This document shows positions 1-9,468 of a stretch of 64,000 bases of DNA, piece after piece. The position numbers and the translations under genes were made by a program. A model generated the notes under the pieces. That model was given only the letters and a program-made list of their open reading frames with translations. It was not told where the DNA came from and searched no databases. Location: assembly GCA_963727245.1 (NCBI GenBank), contig CAVSFO010000019.1, positions 4,371 through 68,370 on the forward strand. Direction: 5' to 3'. This DNA comes from an uncultured Planctomycetia bacterium (GTDB lineage: Bacteria; Planctomycetota; Planctomycetia; Pirellulales; Thermoguttaceae). Position 1 is the first letter of the stretch; every line of letters begins with the position of its first letter.

Positions 1-749
1 CGCCTTGCTGGTGAACTTCTACCTCGACCACGTGGCCAAATTGAGACCCTGGGTCGACTCGCTGCTTTCCGCCAGCAGCGTGGCCCAGCAGCGCGCCATC
101 TACGAGGACCACTTGCACGACCGCTTTTGGTCGCGCCCCATGCGATTCCTCATGAACCGCGATGCGATCCTTTCGCTGCTGGGCGTGCCCCCGCGCAGCG
201 CAGACAGGTCGAAACGCAGTATGAAGGCGGCATCCTGAAGTTCGTCCACGACTGCGTCGAGGCCGTCTTCTCGCGCCTGCCGCTGGCCGACAATTACTTT
301 TGGCGGGTCTACATCCAGGGCCGCTACGCTCCCCATTGCTGCCCCGAATACCTCAAGCCGGAGAACTTCCAGAGGCTCAAGGGCGGACTGGCCGATCACG
401 TCGAAGTGCACACCGATTCGGTCCAGGGCTTCCTGGAGAAGAACACCAACGGCCGTTTTCCCGTTTCGTGCTGTTGGATCACATGGACTGGCTCGCTCAC
501 GGCCTGTTGCCGGTTCTCGAGCAAGAGTGGCAGTGGATTGTTCGCCGGGCACAGGCCGGCACGCGGATCATCTGGCGAAGCGGCGGCCTGCGAACCGACT
601 TTGTAGACCGGCTGCACGTCGATGCCGGGGGACGGCAGCGCGAGGTCGGCGAACTTCTTGCCCACCACGAGCAATTGGCTTGCGAGTTGCACGAGAAGTG
701 CCGCGTCCACACCTACGGCAGTTTCCATATTGCCGACCTGGCCGTATGA
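1..749 (+). CDS. btaA: BtaA-like (DUF3419 family) S-adenosylmethionine:diacylglycerol 3-amino-3-carboxypropyl transferase. 5'-truncated by the window edge, with the reading frame broken twice.
   Basis: ORF-track pieces 5..238, 127..606 and 300..749 join into one sensible protein (...LLGVPP|AQRRQVETQYEGGILKF...NYFWRVYIQGRYAPHCCPEYLKPENF...TNGR|FSRFVLLDHMDWL...SFHIADLAV). The breaks fall at a C5 run (188-192) and a T4 run (456-459). The TGA stop at 747-749 overlaps the next ATG (ATGA). The family assignment is from memory of the DUF3419/BtaA motifs. Confidence 0.6.
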
Positions 750-1496
750 AGACCTTCTGCGCCGATCTGAAAACGCTGTACCATCTGCTCCTCAAACCCG
801 CGCGAGGAACAAATCACGCGGAGCGGATGGAATCGTTCTATGCGGGTCAGGCCGCCGGTTATGACAGTTTCCGCGATCGCTTGCTGCCGGGCCGCCGCGA
901 ACTCTTTCATGCCCTGCCGATCCCGCGGGACGGCGTGTGGGTCGACCTGGGCGGCGGAACGGGCGCAAACTTCGAGTCGCTCGCCGAGCGCCGCAAGGAA
1001 CTGCGCAGCGTCTATGTCGTTGACCTATCGCCGTCCCTGTTGGCGGTCGCAGACGAGCGCATCAAACGCCAGGGCTGGAGCAACGTGCGCGCCGTGCGGG
1101 CCGATGCCACCGAGTTTCGGCCATCCGAAGGCCAAGCCAACGTAGTCACCCTCTCGTACGCGCTGACGATGATTCCCGATTGGTTTGCCGCCATTGAGAA
1201 CGCCTGCGCCATGCTGAAGCCGGGCGGTGTTATCGGCGTGGCCGACTTCTATGTGTCGCGCAAGCGCCGGCGCAGGGTCGATCAGGCACTGCTGGCTCAG
1301 CCGCTGGTTTTGGCCGGCGTGGTTTGCCGGCGACGACGTTTTTCTATCCGCCGACCACTTGCCTTTCTTGCGCAGCCATTGTGAAGGGATCTCCTGCACC
1401 GAAGGTACGACGAAACTGCCCTACGTGCCGCTGTTGCGCGTCCCCTACTATACATTTGTGGGCAGAAAGCGATTCTCGCCGGGGGGAAAGAGGTGA
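746..1496 (+). CDS. btaB: BtaB-like class I SAM-dependent methyltransferase, with one apparent frameshift near 1260-1285.
   Basis: The ATG at 746 overlaps the btaA stop. The SAM-binding motif VWVDLGGGTGAN is present. The C-terminus continues in ORF 1227..1496 (IRHCWLSRWFWPAWFAGDDVFLSADHLPFL...VPYYTFVGRK). Confidence 0.6.
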
Positions 1497-1580
1497 CAGG
1501 CACCATTTGCCGGGACGGCCCGGAGGCGGGCACCGACGCGAAGCGTTGGTCGTCGCACAAATGGTGCCTGTCACCTTTTT
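1491..1580 (+). terminator. Long hairpin plus T-run downstream of btaB.
   Basis: A perfect 19-bp inverted repeat (aggtgacaggcaccatttg at 1491-1509, caaatggtgcctgtcacct at 1558-1576) is followed by TTTTT (1576-1580). The left arm overlaps the btaB stop codon. Confidence 0.55.
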
Positions 1581-1633
1581 CCCTGCGCCGGGGGTGGCCC
1601 GCCACGAGTAGGCACCAGTTCACATTCCCGCGA

Positions 1634-1652
1634 CCGTGAGGATTCCGTGAGG
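1634..1652 (+). promoter_or_regulatory. Candidate response-regulator (PhoB/OmpR-type) binding site upstream of pstS.
   Basis: The exact direct repeat CCGTGAGG occurs at 1634-1641 and 1645-1652, an 11-bp phase, about 110 nt upstream of the pstS ATG. Confidence 0.3.
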
Positions 1653-1763
1653 CAATGGTTAGTTCTTTGTTAGAACCACCTGGGCCTCTGGTCGGCCTTG
1701 CCGAGTAGGTATAGGGTTAGGGGTGGGACGCCGGTCTTTCAAAACAACGGGGGGAATTCTGCG

Positions 1764-2825
1764 ATGAGCGCGACACGTTTCTTCACACGGCTTAGTCTTG
1801 CGCTCATCGTGCTGAGCGCGGTCTCCTGCAATTCTCAGTCGGGCAGCGATGCGAAAGACCGAGTGAAACTCCAAGGTGCGGGAGCGAGTTTCCCGGCCCC
1901 GCTTTACAACAAGTGGTTCAAGTCGTACCACGACGCCCACGACATCCAAATCGACTACCAATCGCTCGGCAGCGGCGCCGGCGTGAAGGCCGTGCAGGAC
2001 AAGACGGTCGACTTCGGCGCCAGCGATGCGGCCATGACCCCGGCGGAGATCGCCAAGGTGGACGCCGGCGTGCAGTTGCTTCCCATGACGGCCGGCAGCA
2101 TCGTTCTGGCGTACAACCTCGAAGGCGTGGACAACCTGAAACTCTCGCGCGAGTCGTACGTGGGCATCTTCCTGGGAAAAGTCACCAAGTGGAATGATCC
2201 CGGCATCGTTGCGGCCAATCCCGGCGTGAAGTTGCCGGAGGCCGACATCAACGTCGTGGTCCGTGCCGACAGCAGCGGCACCAGTTTCGTCTTCACGAAG
2301 CACCTGAGCGCAGTCAGCCCGGAATTCGCCAAAAGCCCCGGCACGAACAAGATGCCCAACTGGCCGGTAGGCACGAAGTCGAAAGGCAACGAGGGTGTCT
2401 CCGCGGCCATTAGCACCACCCCGGGCGCCATCGGTTACATCGAGTACGGCTACGCCAAGCTCACCAAGCTGAAGATGGCCACCTTGCAGAACAAGGCGGG
2501 CAAGTACGTCGAGCCCACGATTGCCTCGGGCCAGGCGGCCCTGGCCGCGGCGAAGATGCCGGAAGACCTCGTCGTGTGGATTTCGGATCCCGAGGGCGAC
2601 GACGCGTATCCGATCGTCACGTATACCTGGATTATGACGTACAAGAAGTACGCGGAGCCGACGAAGGCCGCCGCGCTGAAGGAGGTGCTGACTTACTGCC
2701 TGACGGACGGCCAGAAGGACAGCGAGGCGCTGGGTTATATCCCCTTGCCGAGCAAGGTGGTCGAAGCAGACAAGGCGGCGCTGGGCAATATCGGCGCCGA
2801 GGCGGCGGAAAAGAAATCCAACTGA
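1764..2825 (+). CDS. pstS: Phosphate ABC transporter substrate-binding lipoprotein PstS.
   Basis: Matches the PstS family (GAGASFPAPLYNKWF..., GSGAGVKAV, TVDFGASDA). Lipobox is LSAVSC. The ATG at 1764 lies inside ORF 1698..2825 and is preceded by GGGGGGAA. Confidence 0.93.
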   Translation: MSATRFFTRLSLALIVLSAVSCNSQSGSDAKDRVKLQGAGASFPAPLYNKWFKSYHDAHDIQIDYQSLGSGAGVKAVQDKTVDFGASDAAMTPAEIAKVDAGVQLLPMTAGSIVLAYNLEGVDNLKLSRESYVGIFLGKVTKWNDPGIVAANPGVKLPEADINVVVRADSSGTSFVFTKHLSAVSPEFAKSPGTNKMPNWPVGTKSKGNEGVSAAISTTPGAIGYIEYGYAKLTKLKMATLQNKAGKYVEPTIASGQAALAAAKMPEDLVVWISDPEGDDAYPIVTYTWIMTYKKYAEPTKAAALKEVLTYCLTDGQKDSEALGYIPLPSKVVEADKAALGNIGAEAAEKKSN

Positions 2826-2880
2826 CCCCCTTGCAGGTCGACCGGTTCGCAGCGACGGCCCGATCCGGTGTGCTCGGAAG

Positions 2881-3918
2881 GTGACGCACGTGGCAGCAGC
2901 GACGGAAGAACCGGTCTCGATCTCCCGGCCACCCACCCGGCTGGAGAAATTCGTCGACCTGGGTTTTCGCGGCCTGACCTACGTGGTTGCCGGGCTGACG
3001 GTCCTGTTGGTCCTGTACATCGTGGCAACCATCGGCCACTCGGCGGCCCCGGCAATCCATCAGCGCGGCCTCGGCTTCCTCAGGCAAACTACCTGGGATC
3101 CCAACAAGGACCAGTACGGCATCCTGCCGCAAATCTGGGGAACGCTCTACAGTTCCGCGCTGGCCGTGGTGATCGGGACCGTCCTGGGACTGGCCGTGGC
3201 GGTCTTTCTGAGCGAGCGGCTGCTCTCCTCGTTTGTCTTCCGCCTGTTGAGGCTGTTCCGGCTGCCCGCCTCCGGTTTCTGGGGAAAGCTGCCGGACAGC
3301 CTGGAAGTGCTGCTGAAGAACTTGGTCGAACTTCTGGCGGCCATCCCCAGCGTGGTCTACGGACTGTGGGGCATCTTCGTCGTCATTCCCTTGATTCGAC
3401 CGGCGTGCAACTGGGTCCACCAGAGCTTGGGCTGGATTCCGCTGTTCAAGACGGCGCTGAGCGGCCCCGGGATGCTCCCGGCGGCCATCGTGCTGGCGAT
3501 CATGATCCTGCCGACTATTTCCGCCATCAGCCGCGACGCCCTGGTCAGCGTGCCGCCCAAGCTGCGGGAAGCGGCCTACGGGCTCGGCGCGACCCGCTGG
3601 GAAGCCCTCCTCTCGGTGATCCTCCCCACGGCCCAAACCGGCATCTTCGGCGCCGTGCTGTTGGCCTTCGGCCGCGCCCTGGGCGAAACGATGGCCCTGG
3701 CCATGCTGGTGGGCAACGCCAATGTGATTAGTTGGTCGTTGTTCTCCCCCGCCAACACGCTGGCCGCGCTGTTGGCCAACACGTTTCCCGAGGCCAAACA
3801 GGAACAGGTGGGCGTGCTCATGTATGCGGCCCTGGTGCTCATGGGCATCACCCTGCTCGTCAATATCTTCGGCGCGTTGATCCTGCAAAGGTCGTCGCGG
3901 GAGTTGAAGGGGGCTTAG
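2881..3918 (+). CDS. pstC: Phosphate ABC transporter permease PstC.
   Basis: Polytopic permease with the EAA-type loop ...REAAYGLGATRWE.... GTG start. Positioned between pstS and pstA. Confidence 0.9.
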   Translation: MTHVAAATEEPVSISRPPTRLEKFVDLGFRGLTYVVAGLTVLLVLYIVATIGHSAAPAIHQRGLGFLRQTTWDPNKDQYGILPQIWGTLYSSALAVVIGTVLGLAVAVFLSERLLSSFVFRLLRLFRLPASGFWGKLPDSLEVLLKNLVELLAAIPSVVYGLWGIFVVIPLIRPACNWVHQSLGWIPLFKTALSGPGMLPAAIVLAIMILPTISAISRDALVSVPPKLREAAYGLGATRWEALLSVILPTAQTGIFGAVLLAFGRALGETMALAMLVGNANVISWSLFSPANTLAALLANTFPEAKQEQVGVLMYAALVLMGITLLVNIFGALILQRSSRELKGA

Positions 3919-3920
3919 CG

Positions 3921-4844
3921 ATGGAAGACCTGGTGGTTCGCAATCGAGCGATCGAAGCCGCCCGCCGGGCAGGCGCGGCGTTCCCCCTGCGCGACCTGGA
4001 TCGGTCCCTGCGCCGGCCGCGGACGGTCTTCAGCGTCCTGCTGACCACGATGACCGTGCTGCTGACGCTGCTGGCGTTGGCGCCGCTGGTCTCGGTGATC
4101 TACATGCTCTTGGTCCGCGGCATCCACAAGCTGAGCCTCTCGGTCTTCACGTCGCTGCCGCCGGCTGCCTTGGAGCAAGGAGGCGGCTTCGGCAACGCCC
4201 TGCTCGGCACGCTCATCATGGTCGGAATCGCCGCCCTGATCAGCGTGCCCTTGGGAATCGTGGCCGCCGTCTTCCTGGCGGAAGTCGGCCCCCGCACCTG
4301 GCTCGCGAAACTTGTGCGCTTCGGGGCCAAGATCCTCAGCGGGTTCCCCTCGATCCTGGCGGGCGTATTCGCCTACGGCGCCGTGGTGCTGGTGACCGGC
4401 GGCTTTTCGGCGGTGGCCGGCGGAATCGCCCTGGCGATTCTGATGCTGCCCACCGTGATGCTGACGGCCGAGGATGCCATCCGCATGGTGCCGGCCAAGG
4501 TCCGCGAAGCGGCCATCGGCATGGGGGCCACCCCCACCCAGGTCATCTGGCACGTCCTGCTCCCCACCGCCTTGCCCGGCATCCTCACCGGGGTGATGCT
4601 GGCTGTGGCCCGCGCGGCGGGCGAAACGGCCCCGCTGCTCTTCACCGCCCTGTTCAGCAACTTCTGGCCCGACGCGCTGATGCAGCGGACCGCGTCGCTG
4701 GCCGTCTTGATCTACAACTTTTCCAGTATGCCGTTCGAGAACCAAATCGATATGGCGTGGGCTGCCGCGCTGGTGCTGGTGCTGATGGTGTTGACCGCCA
4801 ACCTCATCGGCCAGGCTTTTTCCCGGCGCAGCGGCCAGCCCTAG
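3921..4844 (+). CDS. pstA: Phosphate ABC transporter permease PstA.
   Basis: The ATG at 3921 lies 2 nt after the pstC stop. Motif VREAAIGMGATPTQV. The upstream part of ORF 3732..4844 overlaps pstC and is not used. Confidence 0.9.
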   Translation: MEDLVVRNRAIEAARRAGAAFPLRDLDRSLRRPRTVFSVLLTTMTVLLTLLALAPLVSVIYMLLVRGIHKLSLSVFTSLPPAALEQGGGFGNALLGTLIMVGIAALISVPLGIVAAVFLAEVGPRTWLAKLVRFGAKILSGFPSILAGVFAYGAVVLVTGGFSAVAGGIALAILMLPTVMLTAEDAIRMVPAKVREAAIGMGATPTQVIWHVLLPTALPGILTGVMLAVARAAGETAPLLFTALFSNFWPDALMQRTASLAVLIYNFSSMPFENQIDMAWAAALVLVLMVLTANLIGQAFSRRSGQP

Positions 4845-4856
4845 GAGTCGAAAGCC

Positions 4857-5690
4857 ATGATCCACGCACGTGAAACTACCCCGGCCTCGAATCCCCCGCC
4901 CCCCGGCACCGACGGCGGCAACGTCGTCATCGACTGCAACATCGACGAGCTGCACTACGGCAGCTTCAAGGCCGTCCGCAACACGAATATCCCCATCCGC
5001 CGCGGCCAGATCACGGCCTTCATCGGCCCCTCGGGCTGCGGCAAGAGCACCGTGCTCCGCTGCTTGAACCGCATGAACGACCTGGTGCGCGGCTTCCGCT
5101 TTCGCGGCCACGTCCACTTCCGCGGCAAGGACATCTACCATCCGGCCATCAACCCCGTCGCCGTCCGCCGGCACATCGGCATGGTCTTTCAGCAGCCGAA
5201 CCCCTTCGCCATGAGCGTCTATCGCAACGTGGCCTTTGGGCTGAGGCTCAACGGCTACAAGGGCGACAAGGCCCAGAAGGTGGAGCAGGCCCTGCAAGGC
5301 GCCGCCCTCTGGGACGAAGTGAAGGACAAGCTGCACAAGAGCGCCTTGGCGCTTTCCGGGGGCCAGCAACAGCGGTTGTGCATCGCCCGGGCCATCGCCA
5401 CCGAGCCCGCCGTGCTGCTCATGGACGAGCCCTGCTCCGCCCTGGACCCGATCGCCACGCGGAGGATCGAGGAGCTGATGCTGGAGTTGAAGAAGCGGTT
5501 CACCATCGCCATCGTCACCCACAATCTTCAACAGGCGCAGCGCGTGGCCGACAAGACCGGCTTCCTGTACGTGGACACGACGCAGGGGGGCAGGACCGGC
5601 TATCTGGTCGAGTTCGGCGACAGCAAGCAGATCTTCGAGGACCCCAAGGAGAAGCACACGCAGGAGTACATCCGCGGCGAGTTCAGTTGA
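4857..5690 (+). CDS. pstB: Phosphate ABC transporter ATP-binding protein PstB.
   Basis: Walker [13 protein letters not shown] signature LSGGQQQRL, Walker B LLMDEP. AGGAG lies upstream of the ATG. Confidence 0.95.
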   Translation: MIHARETTPASNPPPPGTDGGNVVIDCNIDELHYGSFKAVRNTNIPIRRGQITAFIGPSGCGKSTVLRCLNRMNDLVRGFRFRGHVHFRGKDIYHPAINPVAVRRHIGMVFQQPNPFAMSVYRNVAFGLRLNGYKGDKAQKVEQALQGAALWDEVKDKLHKSALALSGGQQQRLCIARAIATEPAVLLMDEPCSALDPIATRRIEELMLELKKRFTIAIVTHNLQQAQRVADKTGFLYVDTTQGGRTGYLVEFGDSKQIFEDPKEKHTQEYIRGEFS

Positions 5691-5746
5691 CGCCTGGGGA
5701 GCAGGACCGCATTGCCTCATGGAGGGGGGGCCGCTATACTTTGGGC

Positions 5747-7108
5747 ATGGCCGCCGCTGCTGAAAAAGCCCGCCGCCGCTGGTTCCGCATCACGCCCGAT
5801 CGCTGCGTGCTCGCACTGCTGGTTCTGGAAGGCTTCCTGCTGCTGTCGGAGTGGTTTCGCCGGTTTCCCTTCAACCAGCACAAGGGCTGGAGCGTGCTGA
5901 TTTGCCTGGCGGCGGTCGGGGCAGCCCTGGTGCTGATGTTCCTCTGGTTCCTCGCCGCCCTGGTCTTTCGGCTGCGATTCCAGTTTGGCATCCTCTCGTT
6001 GCTCCTGCTGGTGGTCGTTGTCGCCGTACCGTGCAGTTGGCTGGCGACGGAAATGAAGGCGGCGAAGACGCAGCGGAAGGCAGCGGCGGAGGTTGCGAAA
6101 TTTCAGGGGGAAGTTTCTTATGATTATCAAGTCGATCCAGATGGCAATCGGCTACCGGGCGTCGCACCGCCAGGGCCCCTGTGGCTGCACAAGCTGCTCG
6201 GAAACGACATGCTGGTGAACGTAACGGGGGTTGATTTCCTTTTCGCAGACCTCAATGACGCCTGGTTGGAACACCTCGAAGGATTGCCCCATCTCCAAGA
6301 GGTTGACCTAAACTTCACCACGAACGTCGGTAATGCCGGGCTGCAACACCTCAAAGGGTTGACGAAGCTGCAAGTGCTGCGACTGACGTGCACCAACGTC
6401 AGCGACGCCGGGCTGCAGTATCTCCAAGGGTTGACGAAGCTGCAAGTGCTAGACCTCACGAGCGCCAAGGTCGGCGACGCCGGGCTGCGATTCCTCAAAG
6501 GATTGACCCAACTCCAGGAGTTGGACCTCACGGGAACCAAGGTCAGCGACGCCGGGCTGCAGTACCTTAAAGGATGGCCCCGACTCCAATCCCTGGACCT
6601 CCGGGACACCGAAATCGACGACGCGGGCCTGGAAAACCTCAAAGGATTGACGCGGCTCCGAGAGCTTTGGCTAAACGGCACCAAGGTCAGCGACGCGGGC
6701 CTGGAAAACCTCAAAGGATTGACGCAACTCCAAGTGCTGAACCTCCTCGGCACCAAGGTCAGCGACGCTGGGCTGGAACAAACCAAAGCACTGACGCAGC
6801 TTCGACACCTTTGCCTCGCGTGCACCGTGGTCGGCGACGCCGGGGTGAAACATCTCGAGGGTTTGACTCGGCTCCAAAAGCTGTTTCTCAGCGAGACCAA
6901 GGTCACAGACGCCGGGCTTGCGAATTTCAAGGGGCTGACCCGGCTCAAAGAGCTCGACCTCAGCCGCACCAATGTCAGCGATGCCGGGTTGGAACACCTC
7001 ATAGGGTTGACCCAACTCGAATGGCTTTGGCTCGGCGGCACCAAGGTCAGCGAGGCGGGCCTGAGGAAGCTGCACCAGGCATTGCCGAAGTGCACGATTA
7101 ATCCCTGA
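5747..7108 (+). CDS. Membrane-anchored leucine-rich-repeat protein (11 x 24-residue repeats), paralog 1.
   Basis: The ATG at 5747 lies inside ORF 5378..7108. The N-terminus has hydrophobic segments (WSVLICLAAVGAALVLMFLWFLAALVF; ILSLLLLVVVVAV). This is followed by 11 units of L..LKGLT.LQ.LDL.GTKVSDAG and a cap ending in LPKCTINP. Confidence 0.85.
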   Translation: MAAAAEKARRRWFRITPDRCVLALLVLEGFLLLSEWFRRFPFNQHKGWSVLICLAAVGAALVLMFLWFLAALVFRLRFQFGILSLLLLVVVVAVPCSWLATEMKAAKTQRKAAAEVAKFQGEVSYDYQVDPDGNRLPGVAPPGPLWLHKLLGNDMLVNVTGVDFLFADLNDAWLEHLEGLPHLQEVDLNFTTNVGNAGLQHLKGLTKLQVLRLTCTNVSDAGLQYLQGLTKLQVLDLTSAKVGDAGLRFLKGLTQLQELDLTGTKVSDAGLQYLKGWPRLQSLDLRDTEIDDAGLENLKGLTRLRELWLNGTKVSDAGLENLKGLTQLQVLNLLGTKVSDAGLEQTKALTQLRHLCLACTVVGDAGVKHLEGLTRLQKLFLSETKVTDAGLANFKGLTRLKELDLSRTNVSDAGLEHLIGLTQLEWLWLGGTKVSEAGLRKLHQALPKCTINP

Positions 7109-7109
7109 T

Positions 7110-8249
7110 ATGACCGATCCAATTCCCAAAACCCGCTGGTTTCGGCTCACGCCGGATCGTTGCGTGCTCGCCCTGCTGGCCCTGGAAGGCTTCCTGCTCC
7201 TGTCGGCGTGGTTCCGCTGGTTTCCCTTCAACCAGCACAAGGGCTGGAGCGTGCTGATTTGCCTGGCGGCGGTCGGGGCAGCCCTTGTGCTGATGTTCCT
7301 CTGGTTCCTCGCGGCCCTGGTTTTTCGCTGGCGGTTCCAGTTCGGCATCCTCTCGCTGCTTTTGCTGGTCGTGGCCGTCGCCGTTCCGTGCAGTTGGCTG
7401 GCGACGGAGATGAAGAAGGCGAAGACGCAGCGGGAGGCGGTGGCGGCAATAACGAGGTTATGTAAGACGGTGCAGTACGATTATCAGTGTGATACCTCGG
7501 GTGATAATATACCGGGGGCACGACCTCCAGGACCACAATGGTTTCGGAACCTGTTGGGAGAGGATTTCTTCGCATCGGTTGTTTACGTGGACCTTTCTCC
7601 GGGAACCGTTATTTTTGTCGGCCTGGGACGCACAGAGGAACTAAGGCTGCTCCAGGAAGGACACATCAACGACCAGTCGCGGGTTACCGATGCCGATTTG
7701 AAGCATCTCAATGGACTGACGGAACTCCTGAGATTGAACCTCAACGAGGCGGCGATCACTGATGCTGGATTGGAAACTTTGACAGGATTGACCCAACTCC
7801 AGGAACTAACCATCCGCTTCACAGAAATCAGCGGTCCCGGCTTGGAACATTTGAAGGGACTGAGGCAACTTCGGCGGTTGACACTGTACTCGACGCAGAT
7901 CGCCGACACCGGCTTGGGGCATCTAACGGGACTGACGCAACTCCAGTCGCTCGATCTCGGTTGGACGCAGGTCAGCGACAATGGTTTGATGCAACTCAAG
8001 GGACTTACACAACTTCGGTCATTGGTCCTCGACGGTTGGGGCGTTACTGACGCCGGTTTGGAACATCTCACGGGACTGACCCAACTCCAGACGTTGGACC
8101 TGATCTCCTGTCGAATAACCGATCGCGGCTTAGAGCGTCTGAAGGGACTGACGCAACTAGAGGAGTTGGACCTCAGAGAAACGGAGGTTACCAAGGATGG
8201 TCTGAGGAAGCTCCAGCAGGCATTACCGAACTGCCAGATTAAGCATTGA
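7110..8249 (+). CDS. Membrane-anchored leucine-rich-repeat protein (7 x 24-residue repeats), paralog 2.
   Basis: Starts 1 nt after the paralog 1 stop. The N-terminal roughly 110 aa are almost identical to paralog 1. Cap ends LPNCQIKH. Confidence 0.85.
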   Translation: MTDPIPKTRWFRLTPDRCVLALLALEGFLLLSAWFRWFPFNQHKGWSVLICLAAVGAALVLMFLWFLAALVFRWRFQFGILSLLLLVVAVAVPCSWLATEMKKAKTQREAVAAITRLCKTVQYDYQCDTSGDNIPGARPPGPQWFRNLLGEDFFASVVYVDLSPGTVIFVGLGRTEELRLLQEGHINDQSRVTDADLKHLNGLTELLRLNLNEAAITDAGLETLTGLTQLQELTIRFTEISGPGLEHLKGLRQLRRLTLYSTQIADTGLGHLTGLTQLQSLDLGWTQVSDNGLMQLKGLTQLRSLVLDGWGVTDAGLEHLTGLTQLQTLDLISCRITDRGLERLKGLTQLEELDLRETEVTKDGLRKLQQALPNCQIKH

Positions 8250-8291
8250 CATGACCGATCCAACTGGCACGTGGTAAACCGCTTTGTTAAC

Positions 8292-9269
8292 ATGGGAGCC
8301 ATGTCTGAACCACGCATCGAGGATCGACCGGTCGAGCCGGACCCCGGCGGTGCCGTGGCCGCGCCGGTCGCCCGCCCGGCCAGTACGCTGGTTGTCTGGG
8401 GCACGAGCGCCGCGGTGATCGGCGTCTTTCTCGTCATCGACTTCATGACGCCATACACTCTTGGGGCGGGACCGGATACGGATAATTGGTGGATGATCGG
8501 GATGCTCGGGATATGCATCGGTCAGGTGAACCTCATCGCTGCCTGGGCGGTGCTGGCCCCGGGAAACCTCGTCGTCCGGCTCCCCTGGTCGCTCCTGTTG
8601 GCCATGGCGATGTGGTATGCCTTGGTGCTGGGATTCCGGGTCTTCCGATACTTCGGGCTGGAGGATGCGATCCTCTTGGGCACCGTCTTGCTCGCCGGCG
8701 TCACCATTGCCCAGGTCCCCCTGTGGATTGCCAAGCGGGTCTTCCGCTGGCGATTGATCCTGGGGGCCGACGACGCAGTTCAGGCAGAGCAGGGGCCCTG
8801 GCAATTCAATCTTCAGCACCTCCTCGTGGCAACATTTTTGTGGGCGGTCGCGCTGTCGCCGCTCCGCAAGGTGCTCCCCCCGGGGCCCGTCGGCCGTCTT
8901 CACGTCGACGGCATGCTGTTCGTGCTCCTTGGCGCCGTCGTCGTCTGCAACCTGTTGGTTGCCGTCCCCTGTATCTGGGGCGCGCTGGTATCGGGATTAC
9001 CAATCGGTCGGCTGGCGGTGGGATGGCTGTTCTACTGCGGCCTTCTCACGGGCGTGGAATTCGGCGTCCTTTGTGCGGTTCTCGGCCCGCCCGGCGACGG
9101 GGCCAAGGCGGGCATGGGCTTCCTCCTCATTAACCTCTGCCAATGTGCCACGGTCTTCGGCACGTTGCGGATCTACCGGGCCCGGGGTTTCCGGCTCGTT
9201 CGGCGCGCCCGCCGGAAAGAACCACAACCGGCCCAACCGGTCTGTAAGGCATCGAAACCTTGCCAGTGA
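8292..9269 (+). CDS. Polytopic membrane protein, function unknown.
   Basis: ORF 8271..9269 contains many hydrophobic helices with consistent GC3-rich coding. ATG candidates are at 8292 and 8301. It carries a WQFNLQHLLVATFLWAVAL segment resembling the RFQFGILSLLLLV segment of the LRR proteins. Confidence 0.6.
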   Translation: MGAMSEPRIEDRPVEPDPGGAVAAPVARPASTLVVWGTSAAVIGVFLVIDFMTPYTLGAGPDTDNWWMIGMLGICIGQVNLIAAWAVLAPGNLVVRLPWSLLLAMAMWYALVLGFRVFRYFGLEDAILLGTVLLAGVTIAQVPLWIAKRVFRWRLILGADDAVQAEQGPWQFNLQHLLVATFLWAVALSPLRKVLPPGPVGRLHVDGMLFVLLGAVVVCNLLVAVPCIWGALVSGLPIGRLAVGWLFYCGLLTGVEFGVLCAVLGPPGDGAKAGMGFLLINLCQCATVFGTLRIYRARGFRLVRRARRKEPQPAQPVCKASKPCQ

Positions 9270-9468
9270 GGCGTCTCACGCGACCGTCTTGCGAAGGTTG
9301 ATCTGGCATCGAGTCCACAGCCTGCTGCTACTTGCCCCCCTTGGCCCACCGCGTTTCTTGGGGGGCGGGGGGTGATGGCTTTTCTGGGGCTCCCCCGCCG
9401 GCTTCCTCGGGCAAGCGGGAGTTATATCGCGGCCGCGGCCACGCCTATACCCGTGAAAGGAGACTCCC

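Noticed and set aside
188-460. Programmed ribosomal frameshifting as the explanation for the frame breaks.
   Set aside because: The breaks occur in many unrelated genes. They lack a common slippery heptamer or downstream structure. Most coincide with simple homopolymers one base short, and two are contradicted by the intact tandem paralog.
3915-5720. 601-aa minus-strand ORF. Similar long antisense ORFs occur at 1659-2936(-), 2632-3888(-), 13927-15546(+), 16517-17995(-), 19443-21521(+), 23931-25769(+), 40913-42004(-), 47492-49474(+), 50021-52276(+) and 56286-57878(-).
   Set aside because: Each lies exactly opposite a gene with unmistakable family motifs (pstA/pstB, pstS/pstC, TPR, HK, GH38-like, ctp, folC, pnp and others). 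Their translations are Arg/Gly/Ala/Pro-rich low-information sequence, which is typical of stop-codon-poor antisense frames in high-GC DNA.
5378-5746. N-terminal extension of the LRR gene (ORF 5378..7108), and similar upstream extensions of pstS, pstA, the esterase, PNPase and ExbD ORFs.
   Set aside because: The extensions overlap the preceding, well-supported genes or have Arg/Pro-rich composition. Internal ATG or TTG codons with sensible N-termini (signal peptides, conserved starts, SD-like sequences) are present.
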